This document shows, in pieces, positions 28,097 through 35,734 of a DNA stretch of 55,756 nt. The notes under the pieces were generated by a model. It had not been told where the DNA came from. It did not search any database and worked only from the letters and a program-made list of their open reading frames with translations. Every line of letters begins with the position of its first letter. The stretch's first letter is position 1. Position numbers and translations under genes: made by a program. The stretch covers positions 1 through 55,756 of IMG/VR virus record IMGVR_UViG_3300037882_000695. The stretch is one strand, 5' to 3'. Origin of the DNA: a virus (lineage: Duplodnaviria > Caudoviricetes).

Positions 28097-28372
28097 TTAT
28101 TGCGTAGTTGTCGTCTCCACCGGCAACACACCGGCGAAGTCTGGGCTGAGTGGGGTTAGTTCGAGTTTGTATCCAAAGTGCTTTGCAATTCGTGCGACAT
28201 GCGGCATTGAGCATCCGTATTTATTCGACCGTTCTTCGCGCCCAAGAATCCGATTGAGCGTTTGATCTGCAATGTCTAAGTCGCGAGCTAGGTGCGCAAT
28301 TCTGCGGTTAGACGCGATGATCCAATCACCAAGTTGTTTCACGATTGCGTCAACATTTTCTTGAGGTGTCAT
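28097..28372 (-). CDS. XRE/Cro-like HTH protein
   Basis: IAHLARDLDIADQTLNRIL...VARIAKHFGYKLEL. Confidence 0.7.
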   Translation of the reverse strand: MTPQENVDAIVKQLGDWIIASNRRIAHLARDLDIADQTLNRILGREERSNKYGCSMPHVARIAKHFGYKLELTPLSPDFAGVLPVETTTTQ

Positions 28373-28554
28373 CAGTAATCCTTTGGCGTCAACATACCAA
28401 CGGTTTGGTCAATCCATCGCTCTGTCGTGCCGCGTTTCATTCGTGCATCGGCGCGGCAATCCCGGCACATCTTTTTCAGTTTTCGGCTATCCATGCTCTC
28501 GAAGTGGTCGATTGGTTTCTGTCGCTTGCAGCAGGTACAACCTCGAACATCCAT
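28372..28554 (-). CDS. Small zinc-finger protein
   Basis: CTCC...KPIDHF...CRDC. Confidence 0.6.
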   Translation of the reverse strand: MDVRGCTCCKRQKPIDHFESMDSRKLKKMCRDCRADARMKRGTTERWIDQTVGMLTPKDY

Positions 28555-28635
28555 GATTCACGTCCCTGAGCTATTCAAACCACTCCGAGTAGATCCACGC
28601 GGCAACACCGCACGCAGCGACGATTGAAAACAGCG

Positions 28636-28758
28636 TCATCGCGACTCCCGGCAAATCAGCACCAGCCACGCCCAACATCCCGCGATGCCACCGAAATATG
28701 CTGACCACAACAGCCAGCCTGCGATTGTGTCGATTAGCAAACGTGCTTCATGTGTCAT
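28636..28758 (-). CDS. Small membrane peptide
   Basis: 40 aa, hydrophobic, AGGAG upstream. Confidence 0.4.
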   Translation of the reverse strand: MTHEARLLIDTIAGWLLWSAYFGGIAGCWAWLVLICRESR

Positions 28759-28762
28759 GCTT

Positions 28763-30313
28763 CTACTCCTGCCAATTTCGCCAGATGACGCCGTGTTCGA
28801 CGAGCACAGTTTCTCCGTCTTCGCAGTGCCAATCGTCCGCACGCAGTAGATATGCCCCTTTGCTCGTTCTCTGGGCCAGAGCTGCACCGCTACGCATCGT
28901 CCAATAAACGATGTCGGCACATGCCGCACACATGCCGGTTGGGCCACATTCAACGCGACAATCGTCATTCGTAACCGCCGCGATTCCACTCCAACCGGTC
29001 GCGGATGCTGCTCCCCTCGAACCAGTCGCGGACGCTGCTCCCCTCTCACCGGTCGCGGACGCTGCTCCACTCTCACCGGTCGCGGATGCTGCTCCCCTCG
29101 AACCGGTCGCGGATGCTGCACCACTCGAACCAGTCGCGGATGCTGCTCCCCTCGAACCAGTCGCGGACGCTGCTCCACTCGAACCGGTCGCGGACGCTGC
29201 TCCACTCGAACCAGTCGCGGACGCTGCTCCACTCTCACCTGTCGCGGACGCTGCTCCACTCTCACCGGTCGCGGACGCTGCTCCACTCGAACCAGTCGCG
29301 GATGCTGCTCCCCTCAAACCAGTCGCGGACGCTGCTCCCCTCTCACCGGTCGCGGATGCTGCTCCCCTCGAACCGGTCGCGGATGCTGCACCACTTGAAC
29401 CAGTCGCGGACGCTGCTCCCCTCGAACCGGTCGCGGATGCTGCACCACTCTCACCAGTCGCGGACGCTGCTCCACTCCAACCGGTCGCGGACGCTGCTCC
29501 ACTCTCACCGGTCGCGGACGCTGCTCCACTCTCACCGGTCGCGAATGCTGCTCCACTCTCACCGGTCGCGGATGCTGCACCACTTGATGCGTGCTGAGTC
29601 CATGCGATTTGCCCCTTGAGAATCATCAGGTGACATTCGAGATATGTACCACTCGCTACGATGGTTGCTCGTTTTGTTTTTGCTTTTCCGCCAAGGTCGA
29701 TGACTTCAGCAGGGTCAGCAGCAAACACCAGCCAATGGGCGGAGTAATCTGGAGTTTTCCCATCACCAACCGCCAATCCCCACGGCCAACCATGAAGACC
29801 TCCGCCGCATTCTAGTGCCGGATTCCAATCAGGTGCCTCGACAGATTCGCCGACAGTGAGCGGCCACTTGAATCCGCCGTAGCTGGTGCCGTCTTTATTG
29901 ACGCACTTCAACAACAGGACTTTGTCGCCGTCGTGAGTCCATTCGTGCGGTTTTTTAATTTGCTGTTCACTCATCGGCGCGGACCTTCGGCTATAGGTGT
30001 GTGTTGGTTGCTTCAAAAGAGCGGGCGATTCCGTTCGCCCTGTCGTGCCGGTTCCTGGTTCGTCCGTGATTCGATGTTTCATCAGGTCGTCGAGTCGCTG
30101 GGGCCACTGCACTGAATACGATGTTGGGTTCTCAGTCAGCATCGATGTGCCAAGCTCAATTCGCGACAACTGACACGTCACAGGCCCAATCGCTGTGGCA
30201 ATGTCGACGAAAAACACGGCATTCCCCTCGATTGGATACAACTCTCCGTCAACGTAAAGTGCTTCGTTGCCGTCGATGTCAATAACACCAACGGCTTTTC
30301 GTGGGTCAATCAT
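28763..30313 (-). CDS. Phage repeat protein (GAASATG nonapeptide solenoid; DUF7666-like N-domain); possible internal start at 29974
   Basis: GFKWP...APDW.P..ECGGGLHG domain followed by 22 repeats; ATGA-coupled start at 30313. Confidence 0.75.
   Translation of the reverse strand: MIDPRKAVGVIDIDGNEALYVDGELYPIEGNAVFFVDIATAIGPVTCQLSRIELGTSMLTENPTSYSVQWPQRLDDLMKHRITDEPGTGTTGRTESPALLKQPTHTYSRRSAPMSEQQIKKPHEWTHDGDKVLLLKCVNKDGTSYGGFKWPLTVGESVEAPDWNPALECGGGLHGWPWGLAVGDGKTPDYSAHWLVFAADPAEVIDLGGKAKTKRATIVASGTYLECHLMILKGQIAWTQHASSGAASATGESGAAFATGESGAASATGESGAASATGWSGAASATGESGAASATGSRGAASATGSSGAASATGSRGAASATGERGAASATGLRGAASATGSSGAASATGESGAASATGESGAASATGSSGAASATGSSGAASATGSRGAASATGSSGAASATGSRGAASATGESGAASATGERGAASATGSRGAASATGWSGIAAVTNDDCRVECGPTGMCAACADIVYWTMRSGAALAQRTSKGAYLLRADDWHCEDGETVLVEHGVIWRNWQE
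28988..29581 (-). repeat. Tandem array of 22 x 27-bp coding repeats
   Basis: Each unit encodes GAASATG[E/S/W/L][S/R]; one unit has F in place of S. Confidence 0.95.
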
Positions 30314-30627
30314 TTCGAAACCTTTCGATAAACCGTCGCACTGCTTCCCGTCACCGTGCATGTGCGTGCGGGTAATTCTTCGATCAGACCGTCACGAACA
30401 AGCTCGTGAAACCGTTTTCGATATGACTCCGCCAACTTGCCGTAGTAGTCGCTGCACAACGTCGCCACTTCCATCGCAGTCAGTTGTTTGTCCGCCAGCA
30501 TGAACATGCACCGTTGCTGCAACATGCCGAGCTTGACCCGCGTTGAATCGGCTGACTCGTGCGAGGTCGCTTTGTCCGTGCGGCGTGATAGGGTTGGCTG
30601 TGGCGTGAAAAGGTCTAATTGAACCAT
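30310..30627 (-). CDS. Winged-helix DNA-binding protein
   Basis: RRTDKATSHESA...LTAMEV...RKRFHELVRDGLIE. Confidence 0.7.
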   Translation of the reverse strand: MVQLDLFTPQPTLSRRTDKATSHESADSTRVKLGMLQQRCMFMLADKQLTAMEVATLCSDYYGKLAESYRKRFHELVRDGLIEELPARTCTVTGSSATVYRKVSK

Positions 30628-30628
30628 G

Positions 30629-30901
30629 CTATTCCTCCAGGCTTTGGGCGAACTCTTGAACTGACCGCTTGCAGAACGCCCGTACGTTGCTTGGAAACCT
30701 GCCCTTGCGGATCTTCCGAGCGACCGCTAACCGGTCGAGTGTCCTGCCTGAGACAGAAAGGAACTTCGCGGCCTCATCGACACTGAGAAGTCCATCAACC
30801 CCGAACTTGTAACCCCATGCGTCGTCCGCAGCGGATCCGAAGATTTTGGGTTTTGTTGCCATAGTTCCTGCCATGTGTGACCCTGTGTTTGAGTTGGTCA
30901 T
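30629..30901 (-). CDS. Excisionase-like HTH_17 protein
   Basis: LLSVDEAAKFLSVSGRTLDRL; next to attP. Confidence 0.75.
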   Translation of the reverse strand: MTNSNTGSHMAGTMATKPKIFGSAADDAWGYKFGVDGLLSVDEAAKFLSVSGRTLDRLAVARKIRKGRFPSNVRAFCKRSVQEFAQSLEE

Positions 30902-31063
30902 CGTTGTCGTGGCGGGATTCTACTGACGGTTTTTTGGGTGATCCGAGTTTCCGAAACTTACCCGACAACTACCGTAGATTTCCCAAAAGTTCCCCGATGG
31001 AATCGACGATTTTCAGGGTTGACAGGGGTTCTTTGAAAACTGGTCTGTGTCGTGTTGGCGAAC

Positions 31064-31328
31064 TCGGGAAGGGTTCGGGAAGGGTTGTGCCAGCAGGTGT
31101 AAACGCGGGTGACTACGGCGCGTCGTGGGTTGTCTGGTGTTGTCAACCGGATAGTCTAACTACACCTAGACTTGCGGCGTTTTTATGGCATTGTTGCCAA
31201 CCGTGCATAAGTCCTGTCGTGGTGGTCTTTTGCTTGACTGGGGGTCAAGAGGTCGCAGGTTCAAATCCTGTCAGCCCGATTAGAGTTACGACGATTTGGA
31301 GTAGTGGTCAGGTGTAAACCTGGTGACT
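31064..31328. promoter_or_regulatory. attP arms: integrase arm-type and Xis-like repeats
   Basis: CAGGTGTAAAC-N2/3-GGTGACT at 31094-31114 and 31309-31328 flank the core; tandem TCGGGAAGGGT x2 at 31064-31085. Confidence 0.6.
31231..31280 (+). other. attP core = 3' half of tRNA-Pro(GGG)
   Basis: Anticodon arm CTTGA-CTGGGGG-TCAAG, T-arm GCAGG-TTCAAAT-CCTGT, acceptor 3' strand CAGCCCGA; 5' half absent; about 50 nt from the integrase stop. Confidence 0.88.
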
Positions 31329-31332
31329 GTGA

Positions 31333-32445
31333 TTACCCGAGAAGCCGCGACATGATCGATGTTGCGGCCACCTGATGACACTCCAACACATGAGAGTAGA
31401 TATCCATCGTGGTGGAAACCTTGGCGTGTCCAAGCTGTTTCGACACGACTGTTGGTGGAATTCCCGCACCGAGAGCCAGCGTCGCGTAGGTGTGGCGAGT
31501 GTGATGGAATCCACGATGTTCAATGGCGAGTTGAACCAAAAGAGGATCCCACGTCTTCACGCGAAATGTGCCGCGACTCTGGACGCCCTTGCCGCGTTCT
31601 CCCGGATAAACCAGTTTCGAACTGGCGTTTCCTTCGGCCATCAGGATCCCGCGATGTTGCCGTAATGCGTCAATCGTGCTGGCCGTCAGATCGATGGTTC
31701 TGATCGAGGCTTTAGTCTTGGGTTTCGCCAGTGTGCTTCTGCCCGAAATTTCAACGGCTTGCTGATCGATTCGTATCTGCGACGCCTTCCAGTCAATCCG
31801 ATCCCATTCCAGACCAAATATTTCTCCCTGCCGCATTCCCGCTGCGATTCCTAACTGGATGGCAATGTGATGACGCTGACCGACTGTCTCACTCAGAAGC
31901 AATTTCGATTCAGCCAGCGTGAACGGGAATATCGGTTCCGTTTCGTGCGTCGGCTTCGCGGCGTGCTCGAAAGGATCCGTAGAAATCATTCTCAGCCTGA
32001 ACGCGTGACCGACTGCTGCGCGGAGAACGGTGAAAGCATTCTGGCGAGTTCTGGATCCAACCTCATCGCGAGCCATACCCGCCGTCAGGTGTTGAATGTG
32101 AATCGGTTCAAATGTCTTGAGAAGAATGGATCCCACTCGCGGGATGATGTGCTTTTCGCACGCAATCCGATAGCTTTCCTTGGTGTTGTCGGACATTTCC
32201 GAAACAACATCCCGAAGCCATGTTTGCAAAAACGCTGCGATGGTAAATCGCTGTGGAGAGCGTATGAGGGCGACTTCCGATTCAGCCCTCAGCGTTTGAA
32301 GAATTGCGACCGCATCGGCGTGCTTCCATGCCGTGCGGGTTATTCGCTTCAGCTCAGATCCGATCTTGACCGTCACTGAAATTCGGTAGCGACCTGATTT
32401 CTCCTTTGAAATCGATCCCTCACCGTTCGCCCGTTTCTTCGCCAT
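31333..32445 (-). CDS. int: Tyrosine integrase
   Basis: RANGEGSI N-terminus; catalytic R (GMRQGE), K (PKT), HxxR (HHTRH), LGH, Y (DIYSH). Confidence 0.95.
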   Translation of the reverse strand: MAKKRANGEGSISKEKSGRYRISVTVKIGSELKRITRTAWKHADAVAILQTLRAESEVALIRSPQRFTIAAFLQTWLRDVVSEMSDNTKESYRIACEKHIIPRVGSILLKTFEPIHIQHLTAGMARDEVGSRTRQNAFTVLRAAVGHAFRLRMISTDPFEHAAKPTHETEPIFPFTLAESKLLLSETVGQRHHIAIQLGIAAGMRQGEIFGLEWDRIDWKASQIRIDQQAVEISGRSTLAKPKTKASIRTIDLTASTIDALRQHRGILMAEGNASSKLVYPGERGKGVQSRGTFRVKTWDPLLVQLAIEHRGFHHTRHTYATLALGAGIPPTVVSKQLGHAKVSTTMDIYSHVLECHQVAATSIMSRLLG

Positions 32446-32623
32446 GCCCCATATCCTTCGCAACTGTAGCCATTGCGACAACGGAAAGATTCCGGGCGGC
32501 TTCGTAAAGTTCCGGGAACAGGTCGCGGCGTTCCTTGATCTGCTCTGCCAGGATGTTCGCCGCTCGCATCTGACGTGTCAGCCAATCCCTATGGCTTTCT
32601 CTTGGCTGGCCGTTTGTCTCCAT
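32420..32623 (-). CDS. Small hypothetical protein upstream of int
   Basis: GAGGGG RBS; overlaps both neighbours. Confidence 0.45.
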   Translation of the reverse strand: METNGQPRESHRDWLTRQMRAANILAEQIKERRDLFPELYEAARNLSVVAMATVAKDMGHGEETGER

Positions 32624-32834
32624 TGTCTACCCCTCTCGCAATATCCTGCCACCACCACGCGGCGTCTACAACCATGAGATTGCCTGCCCTCAGCGTGCGA
32701 ATCCCGAACCCTTTGACGTATTCCTTGACCGTTTCTTCGGTCATTCCGAGAACTTCAGCCCAATCTGCAACGAGAAACTTGCCGTTTTCCGGCAAAAACC
32801 GTTGACGAGGATCTGATCGGAGCGTACCATCCAT
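32589..32834 (-). CDS. Xis/MerR-like HTH protein
   Basis: VADWAEVLGMTEETVKEYVK..GI. Confidence 0.6.
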   Translation of the reverse strand: MDGTLRSDPRQRFLPENGKFLVADWAEVLGMTEETVKEYVKGFGIRTLRAGNLMVVDAAWWWQDIARGVDNGDKRPAKRKP

Positions 32835-32888
32835 TGCGTCACCTGCCCATTCTCTCAAAAATTGTGGGTGAACGAATTGAAATCACCG

Positions 32889-32918
32889 AAAGCTCACGAT
32901 TCGCAGTCGTGAGCTTTT
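32889..32918. terminator. Intrinsic terminator-like hairpin, possibly bidirectional
   Basis: AAAGCTCACGA/TCGTGAGCTTT 11-bp stem with short T runs on both strands. Confidence 0.55.
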
Positions 32919-33302
32919 GTGGCTCTTTGAGGTCAAACCGCGATCACTTCATTTGATTGCCTCCCCTCAATTTTGAATTCTGCGTTAATCCGTCGATCTC
33001 TCTTGCAAGTCCGCGCAGGACTGTGCGATATTCTTGACGCCGGGTAGCGTCGTGCAGGTCGCTTGTTGATTAGTAGTCTCCGAGCTTGATCTGCTGCTTT
33101 GCAAGGGTCCAATCTTGCGTAGCCGCTGCCCGGTTTGTTTTTTGTAGCCGAAACCACCACAGTTCGGCAACTCCATTCGGCGAATAATTTGCCAACCGGA
33201 TTGCAATTGTGCAAGTGTCTTTTGATGGATGGAATGTCTATCTTCAGCGTTTTTGTCTGACGTGATCCACTCAAGTCGCCCGTTTCGCGTTGCCGATACG
33301 CT

Positions 33303-33358
33303 GCAAGGAATATTGCCACTTTTCGGAAAACACCCCTAAAACACGCAAGGATTATTGC
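33303..33358 (+). promoter_or_regulatory. Twin 14-nt GCAAGGAWTATTGC elements; the second covers the SD of the PAS-LuxR gene
   Basis: 33303-33316 and 33345-33358 differ at one base; each is GCAA-N6-TTGC with GGA in the loop. Confidence 0.6.
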
Positions 33359-33865
33359 ATGAATCGGCAGTATGTGGCCGCAACCGGCAATATACATGGC
33401 ATGTTCACTGCGGTGAATCGACCGTCCAGAGCGGCAATTTCGGCAGGAATCACCCGTGAAAATATTTTGGGAAAAACTATCTGGGACTTCGGTGACGACG
33501 TTCTCGAGCAGGAGATTCGGGACAATTTCGCGCGGTGCCTGATGGACGGTTCCGAGGTGCACTACAAGACCAGCAGCCACATTCAGGGCGTTACCGAGCA
33601 CTGGGACTGTCGGATTATGCCAGCGCCGGAAACTGCCGTGCTGATCGTCGCCGAGGAGTTTTTTGACGACACTCCCGACATGACCGCCGAGGATGTCCAG
33701 ATCATTTCCTATCTCGACCAGGATCTCACTGTCCACCAGATCGGGCTGGCGATGCACATTTGCGACACGACCGCCGCAAGCAAGCTGTACCGCCTGCGCA
33801 CAAAATGCGGCGTGCAGACGAATCACGGCCTGCTGTCGTGGGCCGCTAGACGTGGTGTGATCTGA
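33359..33865 (+). CDS. PAS-domain + LuxR-type HTH transcription factor (VqmA-like architecture)
   Basis: PAS-like GMFTAVN...GITRENILGKTIWDF; LuxR-like MTAEDVQIISYL..DLTVHQIG...KLYRLRTKCGVQTNHGLLSWAARRGVI; AAGGA RBS. Confidence 0.8.
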   Translation: MNRQYVAATGNIHGMFTAVNRPSRAAISAGITRENILGKTIWDFGDDVLEQEIRDNFARCLMDGSEVHYKTSSHIQGVTEHWDCRIMPAPETAVLIVAEEFFDDTPDMTAEDVQIISYLDQDLTVHQIGLAMHICDTTAASKLYRLRTKCGVQTNHGLLSWAARRGVI

Positions 33866-34045
33866 CATTGCGCCCGGCTCATTCCGGCAGTGACCACGAT
33901 CAATGGCAGGCTGGATTCCTCTACAGCCCGGCGAGTCACCTGTTGATTGTCGCGAATCCATGGCGACGGACGAGACAATACCGCCGTCACGAGTCGCGGT
34001 CAACGGAATGTTTGCCGAAAATGTTTTGTGTTAGCGCGAATGCGT

Positions 34046-34075
34046 TTGAAATATTCCGGTGAGCGGCGGTATGAT
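34046..34075 (+). promoter_or_regulatory. Sigma70-type promoter
   Basis: TTGAAA-18 nt-TATGAT; predicted +1 near 34082-34083. Confidence 0.65.
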
Positions 34076-34082
34076 TTCGCTT

Positions 34083-34530
34083 GTCCCGACCAAGACGCAT
34101 TGCTAAATTTTGGATCTCCGCTCGTCATGAGCATTTGAACCTCGCAGTATTCTCCTGGTCGGGACGCTGCGGGGTTCTTCTTTTGGATAACACGCGGTTC
34201 GGTGGCTGACACGGTTGGAGCAATCCCCACCAGTCACCGACCGCGTTTCTAAAGTAGAACCCCGCGATTGGATGCTCCGTGTTGGACGGATTCAGCGGGT
34301 TCGACTCCCGCACCATTCAATCCTGTGGGTGTGGGGCTGTGCGGGCCTCGAGGTGAGCAGGTTTCAAAGTCACCGAGAATCGCACCGAGCGCCGGGACGT
34401 TCCTGTCTGGATCTCGAGATAATCCCTCAGATCAGCCTTCATGGTTAAACTCATGAGGGGGTCTGGGTGTGTGCCTCGAGCACCGAACTTTCCTGTCTGT
34501 TTGCAATACATTGCCAAAGGCAATGTGAGC
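34083..34530 (+). ncRNA. Putative large structured non-coding RNA with a tRNA-like domain
   Basis: Successive long stems, G-U pairs and a GCAA tetraloop that favour the + strand, TTCGACT T-loop; no credible ORF; 3' end uncertain. Confidence 0.65.
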
Positions 34531-34537
34531 AGTCCTT

Positions 34538-34804
34538 GTGTACTGGATTCGCCGCCAGAAAGCACCAGAAATCAGATACCACGTTCTCGACATCAACCCG
34601 ATGAAGGAAGTGCTGCGGACTGAAGGAAATATCGATGCGAATGGACTTAAGAAAGCGTTGCATATCTGCCGTGGTCACTTCGCGCATTACGAGAATGGAC
34701 TGTTCGGACGTGGTGAAGCATGCACCGTTTGGAAGCCGTCGCACGTTCGCGGTTCCGTTGAGCATGGCATCGTTGACAAGGATTACCGGATTAAGATGGG
34801 ATAG
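34538..34804 (+). pseudogene. Probable C-terminal remnant of a phage protein
   Basis: HICRGHF..Y..GLFG...W.PSHVRG...G.V.KDY looks like the end of a longer protein; weak start. Confidence 0.45.
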
Positions 34805-34900
34805 TCGGAACCAATCGCCTGAGTCGATGTCCAGCCCCTTTCTGAGTCGCGCACAAGATTTTTTGTACAGTACAACGGTTTTTGTACTCGAAAGGACGCC

Positions 34901-35152
34901 ATGAAACTTCAATGGAACACGCCAATGCCGAACGCCAGCCTTTTGAAAGCTGCTGGCACATCGCTCAACTCGCATCCATGGCGCGGTTTTTCCGCTGAGT
35001 CTGTGCGGATTCGGTTGTCTGCGATCAAGCATGGCAACGAATGGACGATCACTGCAGAAACGATTGACACTACCGAGCCAATTCCAGGATTTCGCGCATA
35101 CGACAGAATCGACCTGAATGACGTTGTTCCATCATCCGCCGTCGAGGTGTAG
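34901..35152 (+). CDS. Hypothetical protein
   Basis: AAGGA RBS; followed by a GC-rich hairpin near 35156-35189. Confidence 0.55.
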   Translation: MKLQWNTPMPNASLLKAAGTSLNSHPWRGFSAESVRIRLSAIKHGNEWTITAETIDTTEPIPGFRAYDRIDLNDVVPSSAVEV

Positions 35153-35202
35153 AAACGACAGCACCCCGACGATTTGCCGGGGTGGTCGTATGCACTGGCA
35201 GT

Positions 35203-35430
35203 CTACGATGCTCGTTGTGGTCTCGGCGGTATCTTCACCATCGACCGCAGTTCTACCGCCCGTTGAAACAGATTGCGAATCCGAATGCCGTCAGTTGGAC
35301 ATGCCGACAGCGCCCACGCTTTGACCGCTTGTGAATCGCGGTTCGAGTATCGCCGCTTGTCGGACAACTGAGCCGTCCAGATGCCGCCCGGACATTCGAC
35401 GAAGCTGATTGTTGCGGTGGTCATTGTCAT
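35203..35430 (-). CDS. Hypothetical protein
   Basis: GGAG RBS. Confidence 0.45.
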   Translation of the reverse strand: MTMTTATISFVECPGGIWTAQLSDKRRYSNRDSQAVKAWALSACPTDGIRIRNLFQRAVELRSMVKIPPRPQRAS

Positions 35431-35431
35431 A

Positions 35432-35614
35432 TCACGTCTCCAGAGGCTTCTTCTTGCATCGCCCAACCAATGGCCACCACTGGTATCCTACAACTCGTTG
35501 CCATTTTTGCACCGCCTCGCGAGTCTGCTCTGCTCCACATGCGGCACATTTGCGCTTACCATGATTTGCGATCCCCTCCGTCCCCTGTCGCACATGCTGC
35601 CAATCATGCTTCAC
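35432..35614 (-). CDS. Small Cys/His protein
   Basis: KHDW...CAACG...WWPLVGRC. Confidence 0.5.
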   Translation of the reverse strand: MKHDWQHVRQGTEGIANHGKRKCAACGAEQTREAVQKWQRVVGYQWWPLVGRCKKKPLET

Positions 35615-35734
35615 GTCACGTCTCCAGAGGCGAGCGTTTCAGGTCACTTCCAGCCCGTCGCCAACTTTGCCCAATAGCCGTCGTCATCGTGAGAAATGTC
35701 AGTAACGCGATTTCGCAGAGACTTGGGTAGCTTG

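Noticed and set aside
28988-29581. 27-bp repeat array as a CRISPR array
   Set aside because: Units are contiguous with no unique spacers, keep the reading frame of a protein, and no cas genes are present.
28636-29619. Long alternative-frame and antisense ORFs (PVADAAPLE, SRTLL, EQRPRPVR repeats)
   Set aside because: Shadow frames of the stop-free tandem repeat; only the GAASATG frame joins recognisable flanking domains.
31200-31285. Complete tRNA-Pro gene
   Set aside because: The 5' acceptor strand and D-arm are missing; better explained as the attP core.
30877-31317. Plus-strand ORF spanning attP as an integration-truncated repressor
   Set aside because: No HTH-like pattern or RBS; it translates tRNA and arm-site sequence.
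32933-34003. 356-aa minus-strand ORF
   Set aside because: Antisense to the PAS-LuxR gene, which has an RBS and coherent domains; no motifs in this frame.
34083-34530. tmRNA or a true tRNA
   Set aside because: No GGGG 5' acceptor, CCA end, tag reading frame or anticodon arm is recognisable.
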